Shown piece after piece: positions 62,627 to 64,000 of a stretch of DNA of 64,000 nucleotides (the first letter of the stretch is position 1; each line of letters starts with the position of its first letter). A program made the position numbers and the translations under genes. Under the pieces are notes generated by a model, which did no database searches, had not been told where the DNA came from, and was given only the letters and a program-made list of their open reading frames with translations. This DNA comes from an uncultured Pirellulales bacterium (GTDB taxonomy: Bacteria > Planctomycetota > Phycisphaerae > Sedimentisphaerales > SM23-30). The stretch covers positions 78,591 to 142,590 of the forward strand of contig CAYZXY010000001.1 in assembly GCA_964482555.1 (NCBI GenBank), in the 5' to 3' direction.

Positions 62627-64000
62627 ATGGGTACGATAAGCAGCGGAATTGGTATGATTTCCGGTATCAATTTTGAGGAAATTGTCGGTCAGCTCATGGA
62701 GCTTGAGAAAAAGCCTCTCAATCAGGTCAAGGGGCAGTTAGAAAACTCCGTTGCCGAGCAAGAGGCTCTGATGAAAATCCAGGCACTGGTCCTGTCTTTA
62801 CAGGTCAGCGTCTCCTCCTTCGACGAAGAAAACATTTTCAATCAAAAATCCGTTACCTCAAGTAATGAAGACGTTATTCGTGCCAGCGTGACCCGATTCG
62901 CCGAATCAGGAACCCATGCATTTACCGTCCGGCAGCGGGCAGCGAATCACACCTTTATCACTCGCCAGTCATATAAGGACTTGAACAGCAACGTAGGAAC
63001 CGGCACGCTTTCTTTTGAGATGGGGCAGGGGCAACTCAACCGGGCTACGCATGTCAACTTCATTAACGGCCAGCAGGGTTTTCAGCGCGGCAAGATTTCC
63101 ATCATGGACCGTTCCGGCGCCACATCGGAAATTGATCTGACCGAAGCGATTACCATGCAGGATATTATCGACGAGATCAACAAAAACAGTGATATCAATG
63201 TCAAGGCCGGCGTTTCCGGCGATTCACTCACTCTGGATGATCTTTCCGGCGGTGCGGGTAAGCTTCAGGTTTTCGAAGTCGGCGACGGCACAGCCGCACG
63301 TGACCTCGGGCTTACCGAATCGGTGGCCCTGAGCGCCGAAGAGGGAAAAATAACCGGCGCCGACCTGATGTACATTGCCGAAAACACCCTGCTTTCCGAT
63401 CTTAATGACGGTAACGGCCTTCGCGGTATCGACACGTCTCTGGACGATATAAGAATCACGCCTACCTTTGGTCCCGCCTTTGAAATTGATCTGAAATCGA
63501 CCATGTCCCAGACCATCGGCAACGATTCACAAAGCACATTGCTGAAAGCTCTGAACCGCGGTGCGGGAATTAGAGCTGGTGAATTCCGGATAACGGATCA
63601 AAACGGCAAGTTTATCGAAGTTGACCTCAACGAACTCGGCGAAAATGCCACCGCGGCACAACTGGAAAAGTTTATTGAACAAAAAGCCGTTGATAACGGC
63701 ATGAAATTAGATGTTTCTTTTGCCAATCAGGATCATTTCGACATCAGGGATAACAGCACGCCGATAACGAACCCGGCCGACCCGGACGATACCTCCCGCC
63801 GCAGCCATTTCATTATCGAAGATTTGAACGGCGGACATGCGGCGGCCGATCTGGGAATCGTCGCCGATACGACAAGCTCATCCGTCGAAGGCGACAAGGT
63901 CTGGTTTTTAGAAACCGTCGGCGATGTGATCAATGCCGTCAATAATCACTGGGCCAATTCTCTGGGACATATCCAAATGGAAATCGACGCCGAGGGCAAC
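62627..64000 (+). CDS. fliD: flagellar filament cap protein FliD (hook-associated protein 2), 3' end outside window
   Basis: Not in the ORF track because it has no stop. My own translation of frame 62627 is open for all 458 codons. MGTISSGIGMISGINFEEIVGQLMELEKKPLNQVKGQLENSVAEQEALMKIQALVLSLQVS is a FliD_N-type start. RBS AAAGG upstream. Confidence 0.8.
   Translation, partial: MGTISSGIGMISGINFEEIVGQLMELEKKPLNQVKGQLENSVAEQEALMKIQALVLSLQVSVSSFDEENIFNQKSVTSSNEDVIRASVTRFAESGTHAFTVRQRAANHTFITRQSYKDLNSNVGTGTLSFEMGQGQLNRATHVNFINGQQGFQRGKISIMDRSGATSEIDLTEAITMQDIIDEINKNSDINVKAGVSGDSLTLDDLSGGAGKLQVFEVGDGTAARDLGLTESVALSAEEGKITGADLMYIAENTLLSDLNDGNGLRGIDTSLDDIRITPTFGPAFEIDLKSTMSQTIGNDSQSTLLKALNRGAGIRAGEFRITDQNGKFIEVDLNELGENATAAQLEKFIEQKAVDNGMKLDVSFANQDHFDIRDNSTPITNPADPDDTSRRSHFIIEDLNGGHAAADLGIVADTTSSSVEGDKVWFLETVGDVINAVNNHWANSLGHIQMEIDAEGN

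Overview
Chromosomal window combining housekeeping genes with a surface-polysaccharide locus, from a Gram-negative, flagellated bacterium (about 50% GC by eye). The PEP-CTERM tail, eukaryote-like Ser/Thr kinase, MreBCD and long YidC fit a PVC/Planctomycetota-type lineage, but that is only a guess. Left part (1-21.6 kb): transglutaminase-like protein, tRNA-Thr, S41 protease, flavoprotein, tRNA-Met, two orphan response regulators, HAD hydrolase, porin, mreBCD, a radical-SAM protein, Ser/Thr kinase, dxs, peroxiredoxin, PduO-type adenosyltransferase, ruvB. Centre: a zur-znuA-znuC operon and dnaA, then a 2-kb gene-free region full of repeats (26.3-28.3 kb), which is my best oriC candidate. After it come a metallophosphoesterase, yidC, a catalytically degenerate histidine-phosphatase homologue, accD and tRNA-His. 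Right part (34-64 kb): rfbC, flagellin, and a ~25-kb Wzx/Wzy-type polysaccharide locus. The locus holds wza, wzc, an O-antigen-ligase/TPR protein, a wecA-like initiating transferase, a flippase, 6 further glycosyltransferases, 3 methyltransferases, a radical SAM/SPASM enzyme and a heparinase II/III-like protein. It is followed by a 64-aa PEP-CTERM mini-ORF and the 5' part of fliD. I saw no transposase, integrase, phage, CRISPR, toxin-antitoxin or recognisable defence genes. The most striking non-genic signal is a ~105-110-nt structured interspersed repeat with at least 15 full and ~4 partial copies (about one per 3.5 kb). Two further small repeat families are present, and one site forms a filled/empty insertion pair. 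Coordinates of repeats, promoters and hairpins were indexed by hand and may be off by a few nt.
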